Shown here: in pieces, positions 14,240 through 27,000 of the stretch
Layout of the letters: each line of letters opens with the position of its first letter
Numbering within the stretch: position 1 is the stretch's first letter
Assembly (NCBI GenBank): GCA_964016885.1
Contig: OZ024761.1
Span: forward strand, 17,918,001-17,982,000
DNA: 64,000 bases
Direction: 5' to 3'
Origin: Eledone cirrhosa
Taxonomy: Eukaryota
Notes under the pieces: generated by a model
Seen by the model: the letters and a program-made list of their open reading frames with translations, nothing else
Told to the model about the DNA's origin: nothing
The model's database searches: none
Translations under genes and position numbers: made by a program

Positions 14240-14438
14240 GTAATTGATCAAAAGAACATTTATTTTATTAATATTTATATTTTAATATTAATAACTTAGG
14301 AAAATTTTTTTTTTTTTTCTCGTAGAGTGCTTCCAATCTACTGTAAAACTCATTCTTTGACATACTCATCGAATATTTAACACTTTAATATATATATATA
14401 TACATATATATACACATGTATATATATATACACGTGTA

Positions 14439-14470
<32 letters not shown>

Positions 14471-14509
14471 CATGTATATATATATATATATACATGTATA
14501 TATATACAC

Positions 14510-14547
<38 letters not shown>

Positions 14548-15716
14548 ATATATACACATGTATATATATATATATATATACAGATACTGCCAATCCACCT
14601 GTAATGTGAACAATGCTAGTCTCCAATATAGCTGATGGGATGCTTTTTATTACCAAGTCTTATTATCAGACGCCATGCTTTGCAGCATAAAGTTACGGCC
14701 CTTTTCGGTCTGAGTTCAAATCCCACTGAGGTTAACTTTGCCTTTTATCCTTACAGAGTCGATAAAATAAAGCACCAGTAATGTACTGGGGAAATTGCTG
14801 GCAAAGTAGTAACAATTATTTACATTACACTATGGTCATTGTACAATGTTTCTGTTTGCAGTGTCGTTTTGTACAATATTGTCTTAGGTATCATTGCTTC
14901 ACTGGTGAGGGCAGAATAAAGTAGGAACATATCCTGTACTGCGGGGAAATGAGGGTAATATATTCGATAAGATATCTGGAGTCCCACGCAATAAGTGGGT
15001 TGGTGTTGGTTTTGCTATTTCAGGCTGTGTTTACTAAGAAATGATCCCACCCCTTCCTTCATCTCAGTTTTGGGTCGCAGTAGTGTAATGGCCATTTTTT
15101 AATCCTTGATTTTGAGACCCCCCTCCCCGGTTTAGAATACAAGGAGGCTAGGAGAAACTATGTAATTCTCTTTATGATTGCAGTCATTGACTTATATGAA
15201 TTTCCATTAAAAGTACCCTATACCTCATCGATCTGATAAATTACGAGCTCACACACTTACATCTCTCTAAGACAATGTCTCTGGACCGAGATCTTTGGCA
15301 CTACGCATAAACAGAAGACCTGCCTTGCTTATGTACAAAGCGAAACCTACAGTCAGTAGGCACCTCTTAACCAAATATACACCCCAATCTACTACCCCTA
15401 CCCTATCCTCCCACTCCCACCAACAGCACGAGAAAATGAGATCGAGATCATGTAGGTGTCATGACAAAAAACACACACAGTCCACGCTGTAATGTGGCCA
15501 TGTAGGTAACACGGTAAAAAGGTCCCAGTTCCACACTGTAAATGTGGTTGGTGTTAGGAAGGGCATCCAGCCATAGAAAACCTGCCAGATAGTCCTATAT
15601 GAGCGAGACACGGTCACCCGACTAGCTTTGCCTCAAGCGAGACAACTCCAGTCTAACCCATGCTAGCGTGGAAAATGGACGTTCAACGAATATGATGATG
15701 ATATATATATATACAC

Positions 15717-15754
<38 letters not shown>

Positions 15755-16310
15755 GTATATATATGTTTATATATATTTGTGTGAGTGCAGTAGTAATTTG
15801 ATACTCCTTAATAGAATCTCTTTCACACTATCAACCACTGCTCACCAAAACTGGCGTCGATGGACGCCAGGCACCTCATTATCTAGCTAACCCTAGCTTG
15901 ACATGTGGAATGCCTTCAACAGCCTACGTCATGGCCACAAGCTCGAGGATTGCCTCAACCGAGCCCCCTCTTCCTACCCGCTGGCCAACCTGTCGTATGG
16001 AGCCTCGAGCATGCTCCTTGCTGCTGACACAGTCAAACCTTCAGCCACTGGGATCCAACAGGGTGACCGTTTAGGCCTCCTCCTCTTTCCAAACACTAGC
16101 TTAATAATGAGAATGTTAGTTATATAATTGAATACCTCCATAGCTATGCTTTAAATTGCAAACAGATTAACCCTTTTATTACCATATTTATAATGAAACA
16201 CTGCCAGCAGGGCCTTTCATAGGCAGTGTCATTCATTAGAAATATAACAACAAAAGGGTTAATGTGTTTGTATTTAACTAAAAAGCTACCACCATTATTT
16301 TATTCCAAAT

Positions 16311-16470
16311 GCGCGGTGGATTGGCAGTATCGGTAGAGGGTCGGACACCATGCTTTGACGCATAGAGTTACGGCCCTTGCCTTTCATCCTTATGGGGTCG
16401 ATAAAATAAAGTACCAGTAATGTACTGGGTAATTTCTGGCCTTGTGCCAATAGTAGAAACAATTATTTTA
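16311..16470 (+). mobile_element. tRNA-headed SINE with Nin/Deu-like domain (representative of more than 10 copies)
   Basis: GCCTTTCATCCTT..GGGGTCGATAAAATAAAGTACCAG core. Other copies at about 14670, 22540, 24975(-), 27365, 35970, 38828, 42700, 45310(-), 49060(-), 50005(-), 50305(-), 53130-53590(-), 59905. Confidence 0.8.
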
Positions 16471-16662
16471 TTCCAAATATCAGATAAATAATGAAAAATT
16501 TAGTTTATATTATTAAATCTCTACAGATTATTTTTAAATCTTAGAAATATAGTAATGAAAGGGTTTTAAAATATTTTAAAAAAACTCTTTTTTTTGTCTC
16601 TTTATAGTTTACCTGTAAAGGTATTTTCAACTAAAAGACCTGTCTTGTGACACTAACTCAAA

Positions 16663-16833
16663 ATGGAAGTTTCTGAAAAGGATAAGTTGGAGCAACGCCG
16701 TGCCTTCAATATGGTGAGGAAGGCTGACAAATACCTCCAGAAGCGAGAATTTCTCATGGCTTTAAATCTCTACAAGGAATCTGTGGAAATTTTACCTGAT
16801 CCTGACCTTATTCAGAGAATCGAGAAACTGCAG
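16663..16833 (+). CDS. ERCC6L: ERCC6L coding exon 1 (N-terminal TPR-like)
   Basis: MEVSEKDKLE...ALNLYKESVEILPDPDLIQRIEKLQ|GTGAGT. Confidence 0.88.
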
Positions 16834-19800
16834 GTGAGTAACCATTGGAAACTTTAAGTGGTACCTGTCACATAAGTAACTTTGGGAGTATGTTTCCCAC
16901 TGTAGCAGTAGGTAGATAGATAAAGATGTATAAATATCGCACTGTAAAGTGGTAGCTGATAAGAAGGAGAAGCTTACCAAACAAAGGGTTAGGAGGTAAA
17001 TACATTGAACATTTTTCGTATTTTAACCTTTTCATCACTTCATAAAGTACACTGTTTCAACTAATTAATGAAGAATTTCGTGGGATTTATTAAAATTATT
17101 TCCACACTGTTAATGTAGTTGATGTTAGGGAGGGCATCCTGGGCAAATCTATAGTTCCATCTAAGTAAGGTCTGGTGTGGCCAATCTGACCAGACTTGTA
17201 TGATGTGGATGACCTGTCATACGACCTGCTAGAAATAGCAGGCAAATCTAGCTCAGCTTACATTATAGCATGTTAAAAGGAAAGAATGCATTAGATAATG
17301 TAGTCATAGATTCGAAGAATAAAAATCGATGTAATCATAGTAGGAACATATCTGAGTATATGTCTGACTGAGGAAATATCTTAATATATTTCTTGTATTA
17401 AAACAACAATTACAGTGGAGTTGGCGTTCCAGCATGGTTGCAATCTAATGAACGAAATCAGTAAAATATAAAAAAAAAAATATCTGAATCTTGTTCACAA
17501 CACTCATATAAATATTCTAGTCTGTAGAATCACTGGACAGCTTGGGTATCGTGTCTCTATAAACAGATATTACTGTGAAATTAGCCTCACAACTGTAGAA
17601 ATGATGAAATATTTACAGTGAAGAGGAAATCACTGGAATATAACTTTTAGTAACATCAAATCTATTTTATAAGTAACGGGAAGTAAATCTTGATGTATAC
17701 AGCAGAAGACATGCACGATTTCTCTCCCCTTGATTCTTACACTAATAGGTTTAAAAAGTTACGACATAACGACATCTAGTCGATCTACCAGCTAAAAATG
17801 TTTTCAACAAAATAAATATATAAAAGCATCCTAAGAAACACCAACATATTCATCATAACATTTATAACTCTTTAATAAGATATTGCTAATGAAGAATGGT
17901 TAAAATAAATAGCGTAACTTCGTAGGAACCTAAAAAACATCGGATGACGTTTGAAGCAGACGATAGCTACTGCTATTATAGTGTAACAGTGGGTAAATGA
18001 ATTCAAAATGTATAAATATAGGAATCCCGATATAAATCGGGAGGCGACCACCGTCAAAGTAGGTACTCGGTACGTTAGTAGAGTATATTCAGAACTGTTT
18101 CATTCGTAAGAAATCATCCTGATGATTCCTCACGAATGAAACAGTTCCAATCATGTTAAAGTCCTTTTTATAATAGAATAAATATTTATATATATATATT
18201 AACGGATAGTATCACTACACGCTACTATATATATATATATATATATATATAGTATTTACATATATTTTTACATAATAAAATCTAGATACACTTTATATAT
18301 ATATATTAACGGATAGTATCACTACACGCTACTATATATATATATATATATATAGTATTTACATATATTTTTACATAATAAAATCTAGATACACTTTATA
18401 TATATAACCGAGCCTGCGTAAAAAAAAAACGTTACTTCGTAGGAACCTCATAATTATTGGATCTGGACTTAAAATTCTGTCTTTTTAATATAGACACGCT
18501 GGTTCCCATAGTAACGCTAACACACACACGATAGTTATTGGTCTGGGTGTATGTGCACGTGCATCACTGAAGTCGTGTATGTTCACGTGTATCGCTGTAG
18601 CCCAATTCGCCTCTCTAACTCCCTTTTTCACTCTCGTCTTCTCTCTCTCTCTCTCTCTCATTACACTATTTTTTATTAACGCTCTAGTTTCGCCGAAACT
18701 CCGGAGTAACAAGACTCAATATCTTTTAGGCTTAATAAAATGAATATTGAAACTCTACTTCGGTATATATATATATATTTTAGCCTGATAATGGGGTTTA
18801 GAACCCTCAGATAAATGGAAAAAGATGAGTATTGACGTACATGTACGTCATCAGGCTAAAATTTCTTTAGTAAAAAATACGGTGAAAGCTATTCTATTTT
18901 CTAATTTCAAACCTGTTCACTGTTTCAAAACATACTTACTTGTCATATATATATATAATATATATATAATGTGTGTATGTATGTATGTATGCGTGCGTGC
19001 GTGTGTGTGTGTTAGTTACAGAATAAACACACCCCTCTCATTTATTGCATTTATATTCATTTCCAATGCTACTTTCTTTTTCTATATGTTTCACTAAATA
19101 TTAAATTCTTTATTTTTATGCAACTTTATCCTACGAGTATGTTGATATAAAATTATTTTCCCCTTAAAAGAAGAGAATGCCTTTTGCATCCCTGTAGAAA
19201 AAACGGTTTTGGCCTTACAAAGCATGAATGAACTTAGAGATAAACTATGTATAAGCGGAATCTGAGGCAGTCTAATGAAATTTTAGTTAAATCCGATGAA
19301 TTTTACATTGAAAGGGGAAGTAAATCTTGACGCACACCGTAGAAGACCTGCAGGATTTCTTTCCCCTTGATTGTTGTTAAAATTGGTTTAAAAGTTGCGA
19401 TACCATGTATTTACTTGGTCGCTCTACCAGCTAAAAGTATCTTCAACAAAATAAATATATAAAGGTAGCCTAAGAAACACCATCACATCCGTCTCAGTAA
19501 TATTTATAACTCTATAATAACATTGTTAATAAAGAAACAACGAAGAAAGGATAAAATGAAAACTTCGTATATTCTAAGCGAGCGGTAGTTAGTTTTGTAT
19601 TTTAGAACCAGGGTCAGAGGCATTTTGAGGTTATTTGTTATGAAAATGACTAATATATTCCATTGGGGCCCACTTAACATATATGTGGATTCCCGATGTA
19701 TATCGGGAGGTAACCACAGTCATAAAAGGTACTCAATACATTAGTAGAGTATAGACATCTTTATTTTATTATAGAAATGTCTCCTAGAGAACTGTTTCAT

Positions 19801-20995
19801 TCGTAGGAAATATCTGTGCTGTGTATTTCGTTTGTATTTTTATTTTTAATGTTTTTCGTTTTGCCTATTTCATTGTGATATCAGTACTAGGGAAGTTGTC
19901 ATGTCTTTGGCTAAAAGTGCTGGTGTCAGGAAGGGCATCCTACTGTAAAACATCCTGTCCAACCCATACCAGTATGGAAAAGAGGTTATAAAAATGGTGT
20001 TGATGATGATTGGAATATAGTTCAATCTTACAAAAAATTATGATGGCAGGAATTTAGATAAGTAAAACCACTTTAAAATAAACAGCTCTGTATCATAAAA
20101 CCAGAGGCAGTTTCTGATGGTGTGGGATCAAAAGAATTAAATTTTGCCTTTGTTTATTTTTGAATCCTTTTTTTTTTTTTTTTTTCCCCACAGAAATACA
20201 TGAAACGGAAAGGTTTTGACTACGGAGAAAACAAAGAAAATGTTGATTCCAGTAACCTAACGAAGAACTCAGACGATAACTTAATTCATAAGGAAAAATC
20301 TTTTAGGTCACCCAATGTTTTGAGTGATTCGAATCGTACTTCGGACAGTCTCAGTAAAGCTTCAGACACTCAAAAGATAGCCGTGACTAGTCCTGTATTG
20401 GAGGACAATAATATGCAATCATTGGACACAAAGGAGGGTCAAATTTTTATGACTCAAGGTATCAAATCATTGTCACCCCAAGGTATCAAATCATTGTCAC
20501 CCCAAGGTATTAAATCATTGTCACCCCAAGAGGACAATATTACACAATTGGTGGACAAAAGTGACAGTAAAATGTCAATGGCGAAACCCAAATCTCCTCC
20601 CAGATATGAAGGGCCAATACGTAGTTTCAAGGACCTTCGCAAACGACTTTTTCCCCATCAGAGGGAAGGAATGAAATGGTTGGCTCAATTATACACAGAT
20701 GGCAAAGGTGGAATTGTTGCAGATGATATGGGGTTAGCTTTGAATTACTTTTTTTTTTATTCAATAAATCTGTGTTAAAGCTAACTTATGTGTGCGTGAG
20801 TACATGCACTTATATATATGTATGTATTTGCGTGTGTATATATATGTGCGTATGTATATATATATATATATATTTGTGCGTGTATATGGGTGTTTTTATA
20901 TATATATATACACACATTGTGTTTGTGCGTGTATATATTTAAATATGTATATATATATGTGTGTGTGTGTATTTATGTGTATATATTTAAATGCC

Positions 20996-21026
<31 letters not shown>

Positions 21027-24000
21027 TTGAACCTTTTGTTTTAGTCTTGGTAAAACTGTGCTGATGATTGGATATCTTTGGAAAATGTTTGAAGTTGGAG
21101 AAATTCAAACTGTCCTGATTGTATTGCCAAGTTCTCTTGTCTTACCTTGGTGCCGGGAAATAGATAAATGGTAAGTAGTCTCTTTTTCATCATCAGCAGC
21201 AACATTATTTTACATCCCCTTTCCACGGAGACACGGGTTGGATGGGTTGTCATTGTGTCTGAAACCCAAACAGGTCAGAGAGACCTCGTCTTGCTCATAT
21301 TTTCCATATTTGGCATGGTTTCTACATCTGGATGCCTTTCTCAAAGCTAACCACCTTACAGCTTGTGCTTCTGACACCAGCACTACCACTTTACAAAGTG
21401 GACTGGTGGTCATTTTATTGTGCTACTACCACTTTACACAGTGAGCTGGGTGGCGTTTTTTAATCCTGGTACTAGAATTAACATTTTACAGAGTGGATTT
21501 GGTGCATTTTATCCTGGTACCAAAACTAACACTTTACAGAGTGGACTGGGTGTATTTTATCCTGGTACTAAAACTAAAACTTTACAGAGTGAGCTGGGTG
21601 CATTTTATCCTGGTACCAAAACTAACGTTTTACAGAGTGTATTGGGTGTTTTATTGTGCCACCAATGCTATTTCCTTATAACGTTTTGTTTCTCATTGTC
21701 AGTTAAGCTGTATAGGCAATGTGCTTGTGTATAAGATACATAGGGGTTGGCAGGAGTTTTCAATTGTGTTAGACATGACAACCTCCCTAGTGTTGGTGGC
21801 ATGACAAACACACCCAGTAAAGTGGTTGATGATAGGAAGGGTGTCCATTCATAGAAAACCTACTAAACAAAGCATTGGAAGGACTCTTCAATTGTATCAA
21901 AGACATGACAACCTCCCTAGTGTTGATGCCATGATTAAATACAATCAGGAGAGTATGTGGTGATATGTAAACGAGATGCAGGCATGTCAAGCCCTTGCTA
22001 GTCGGGAAAACAGGTAGTAAATTCAAGACCTGTCCAGCCCTTTGTACTAGGGAAAATTGACAGTAAATGCTAGACCTGTCAAGCCCTTGCTAGTAGGGAA
22101 CACAAACAGTAAATGGTTCTGTTCATTTACTCTTCTTCTGTTTTATTCCAGGGCTCCTACAATGGACTATGATACATTCCATGACAAGTCAAAAAATGCC
22201 AGAAAGAAGGCTCTTTATAACATCCAGAGAAGAGGAGGCCTTATGCTTATGACCTACGGTTTATTGACAAACAACTATGAGGATATCTCGACTGACCGCC
22301 ATGGTCAGGAATTTATTTGGGTAATATTATAATGTCTATTTGTTCATGTTGTTGTTGAACCCTTTAGCATTTGAACTGGCTGTAACTGGCCACTCATACT
22401 GATGTTAAAGGTATTGTTCTCAAAATCTTGTTGATTTAATATTATGTAAGATAAAGACTTTAACACAAAAATACAATAGTACATATAGAATAATGTAAAT
22501 GTAAAAGGGTTAACCTCAGGTCAGTTCTGATCCATATGGTGGCAAAATGGAAGAGTTGTTAGAATGTCAGCTAGAATGCTTTGTGGTATTTGTTGTGTCT
22601 CTGAGGTCAAATCCTGTCACGGTCAACTTTGCCTTTTATCCTTTCGAGGTCAATAAAATTAAAATAAAAAACACCAGTCCAGTACTAGGTCCAGTTCGTC
22701 CCCTATATCTCTTTCTCATTTCCTCTCTATCTCTTTCTCATTTCCTCTCTATCTCTTTCTCATTTCCTCTCTACCTCTTTCTCATTTCCTCTTTCTCATT
22801 TCCTCTCTATCACTAGTTTTCTCTGGAAGAAATCTACTGGGTTCAGACCCACCAGGAGTTGCGGTTTCAAACTCCGACTTGTGTATGAAATGGTTGTATT
22901 AACCCTCAGCATGCTGTCGGCGACAAGAGAACTATCTCCGCTTAATATATAATGCAATTCATAAAAAAAATTCAGCGTCCTAAAGGTTAATGATGTTGCT
23001 GTTTTCTAATTTATTATGACAGGACTATGTGATATTGGATGAAGGTCACAAAATCAAGAATCCCACCAAAGTACAAAAGGCAGCCCACCATGTTCCGTCT
23101 GAAAACAGAATCATTATGACAGGGACCCCCATTCAGAACAATCTGCAGGTAATTTTTTTGTTCTATTGACATAGGTAACTTATATATCTACAAACCACCT
23201 TATATACCTACCTACTCACACACCAGCTGATATATCTACACACACACACCGGCCTATATATCTACACACACACACACCAGCCGATATATCTACACACACA
23301 TCGGCCTATATATCTACACACACTGGCCTATATATCTACACACACACCAGCCTATATATCTACACACACACCAGCCTATATATCTACACACACACACACC
23401 AGCCGATATATCTACACACACACACCAGCTGATATATCTACACACACACACCAGCCGATATATCTACACACACACACCAGCCGATATATCTACACACACA
23501 TCGGCCTATATATCTACACACACACACCAGCCGATATATCTACACACCTGCCTATATTTCTCCTTATACAACCCTACCCACAAACAAAATACAATGTATG
23601 TACTGTGCATATATATCTACTGTATGTATAAATATATGTATGTTTGTAGTTACTGTATATATATATGTAATATATTTCTATATTTTCTTTTACTTTAAGG
23701 AACTCTGGTGTTTGTTTGACTTCGTTCATCAGGGATCCTTACTGGGAACCAAGAAAACGTTCAAAATGAAATATGAAAACCCTATTACTCGGGTAAGGGA
23801 TTGAAAAAATGTTTGTCTTACTGCTTATTTGATTTCAAACCAGACTACACTCACATTTACTAGGTGAGATGGGGGTATGGCATGGCGGAAGTACATGGAA
23901 CTGTGATGTGACATGGGCAGATTTCATGGGAAGGATGGGGAACTATGATGCGACGTGAACAGAAGATCTCGTGGGAAGGATGGGGAACTGTGATGTGACG

Positions 24001-27000
24001 TGGATGGAAGGGGACAAGTTGGGAGCCTCTTTCTTCATTAGATATCATAGCATGTGGATGTGTGTTGATGAGTTCTTGGGAGACCCAAGAACTGTATATA
24101 TTTATCTAAAAAACTTCCATTTCCATCATAATTTTATGAAAGAACTTGCTTGTCCTGCCCCGCAATTCTTTCCTTAGACATTCTAACTACATGTCCATAG
24201 TAATGGAGCAGTGATCTCTTGATTCGGAGAAGTAGCAGCTCTACCTTCATACATATATATATATATATATATGTAACTATACACATATATATGAAGGCAC
24301 GTGGCTTAGTGGTTGGTTAGAGAGTTGGGTTCGCAAGCGTGAGGTTGCGAGTTCAATTCTCGGATCGGGTGATGTGTTATGTCCTCAAGCAAGATACTTT
24401 ATTTAATGTCTGTATCCAATTTATTCTCTCCCTCTTCCTATCATTTGGGGAATTTTTCACCCTGAAAGGCACGACAGAAAGACGCATCGTTAGAAGAAAA
24501 ACAACTAGGTTACATGATGGCCAAGAACCTGCAGAAGATCATAGCTCCCTATTTTCTGAGGAGGACCAAAACTGAACTGATGGCTGATCCAAACAGTGGG
24601 TGAGGTTTACACTTTATCTTTTATCCTTGATCTGTAAAAGAGGTGGGGGGGTGTCGGGGATCTTTTTTGTTTTTCGTCTGAGTGAGAGAAAGAGGTGGAG
24701 GAACCTTTTGCCCTTGGTCTGAGAAAGAAAAGGAAGTCCATTTTCGTTGATCTGAGAGAAGGGTATTGTTCTTCGTCTGTGATTTCATGAACATATAATA
24801 TGTATGTATGGCCCCATAGCTCCTAAGAGAGTCGTAGGGACTCCATACTGAGATACAGCGTTTCTAGGGCATTTTAAAACCTGGTGGAGCCCATCTCCTC
24901 TCCAAATCTGAATACAGCAAATTTCTTCTAGAGAATGAGAGAATGAAAGTGAGAAAGAGATATAGATGAAGAATCAACCCCAGTACTAGACTGGTACTTT
25001 TTTATCAGCCTCAAATGGATGAAAGGCAAAGTTGACATCTGCGGGATTTGAACTTGGAGAGCAGAAAGCTGAAACAAATGCTTTAAAGCATTCTATCCAA
25101 CATTCTAATAACTCTGCCAATTTGCTGCCTATAACATATAATGTAGAATATCGTAAATTCTTTCTAAAAATTCTTGTATTTCTCTTCAGTTTAAAGAAAT
25201 TACCACGAAAAAATGATCTGATTGTTTGGGTGAAAATGACGGATTGCCAAAAACAAGTCTATGAATCATATTTACGTTCAGATGAAGTCAAACAGGTAAA
25301 AATTTGAAAGGCATGCCTTTAAATGGCATCAGACAGGTAAAAATTTGAAAGGCATGCCTTTAAATTAGGTCAGATAGGTAAAAATTAGAAAGCATGTCTT
25401 TAAATTGGGTAAGACAGGTAAAAAGGTGAAAGAGATGTCTTTAAATAGGGTCAGATAGGTAAAAATTTGAAAGGCATATAGTATTCAAGGTTTATATGCC
25501 CCAAATTATAAAACTATTTTTCATAGTCAAACAGCGTTGATGTTTCTTTCAAATTCACCAACATATAGTTTATGCTTTCATATAACACAGGTAGGCTGAC
25601 TATGAAGTGATGCTAGGGCAGTCAACTCTTCTTTATTAATAACTGCATTGTTTCTTTCCAGGGAGTATGTTGAAAAAATAAACCTCATTTGGTCATTCCA
25701 TGAGAGTATCTCGGTCAGCTTTTGAACTTTTCAGCCAATCCTCATAGGCTTAACACTATCTTAGTGCTGCTGCCAATTATAACTGACCAAATGTGCACTA
25801 TATGCAAATGAGCTCAATAGTTCTAAAAGTTTACTGGCCATCTTTTACATGAACAGAATCAAACACTGAATACTCAGCTCCTGCATTTTCTTTGTTAGAT
25901 ATGTGAACGATATACTCATTCTCACATCCTCCAGGATGATGGAAATATTAGGTTCAGCCATGAACATCCCTCCGATCGTGGGTCTCTTGCTCTGCTAGAC
26001 ACAGCGCTGACAGCAAATTAGGCTCAGTGTTGAACATCCCTCCAACTCTGGGTCCCTTGCTCTGCTAGACTCCACACTGACAGCAATATCAGGCTCAGTG
26101 TTGAACATCCCTCTGACTCTGGGTCCCTTGTTCTGCTAGGCACAGCACTGACAGCAATATCAGGCTCAGTGTTGAACATCCCTCTGACTCTGGGTCCCTT
26201 GTTCTGCTAGACACAGCACTGACAGCAATATCAGGCTCAGTGTTGAACATCCCTCTGACTCTGTGTCCCTTGCTCTGCTAGACTCCACACTGACAGCAAA
26301 TCAGGCTCAGCCTTGAACATCCCTCCAACTCTGGGTCCCTCGTCCTGATAGACACACCACTGACAGTCCGTCTGTGTTAGCGCAATTATATTTTTATACA
26401 CATACGCGTCAGTATATTGAAAAAAATTCTAGTGTTTATATACTTGTATTTCTCGTTGTAGCTAATGTCATCGAGCAAATCACCACTGTTGGCTCTCGTT
26501 ATACTAAAGAAGTTGTGTGACCACCTACGCCTGTTATCTTTGAGAGTTTGTAGAAGTTTGGGATTGTTGACCAGGGATGAAAATCAAAAATTGTAAGTTG
26601 GAGCGAATAAATTCTAAAATGTTATACACACATCATGCTAGTTGAGCATAGATGATCTAAACACACACGTACATATACATACATATATACATATCGGTTC
26701 TGTATGAGCAAGACAATGGTCACCTGATCTGACATTTCTCACAACAGTACAACTCATTTAACCCATGCTAGTGTCGATAAATGGACGTTAAACAGTGATG
26801 ATGATACAGTCTTATTTGTTGTTGTTATTTTTATTTTTATTTTTTGTATGTTTGTAGTGGGGCCTCTTCTGGCAACGACCTAGATGATTCAGACGAGATT
26901 ATTGAGCAGATGAAGGATTTGAATGTCATCGACCGGGGCAGATGTAACAACAGTGGTGGTGTCCCAAGCAGCAGCAAAAGCCAAGCGTTCAATGAGGAGG

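Noticed and set aside
18190-18405. About 110-bp direct tandem duplication
   Set aside because: Ordinary duplication anchored in (TA)n, possibly an assembly artefact; no functional signal
18779-18862. Inverted TTTAGCCTGAT...ATCAGGCTAAA with CTGATGA on the minus strand
   Set aside because: No correctly placed GAAA or stem III; likely a small fold-back repeat
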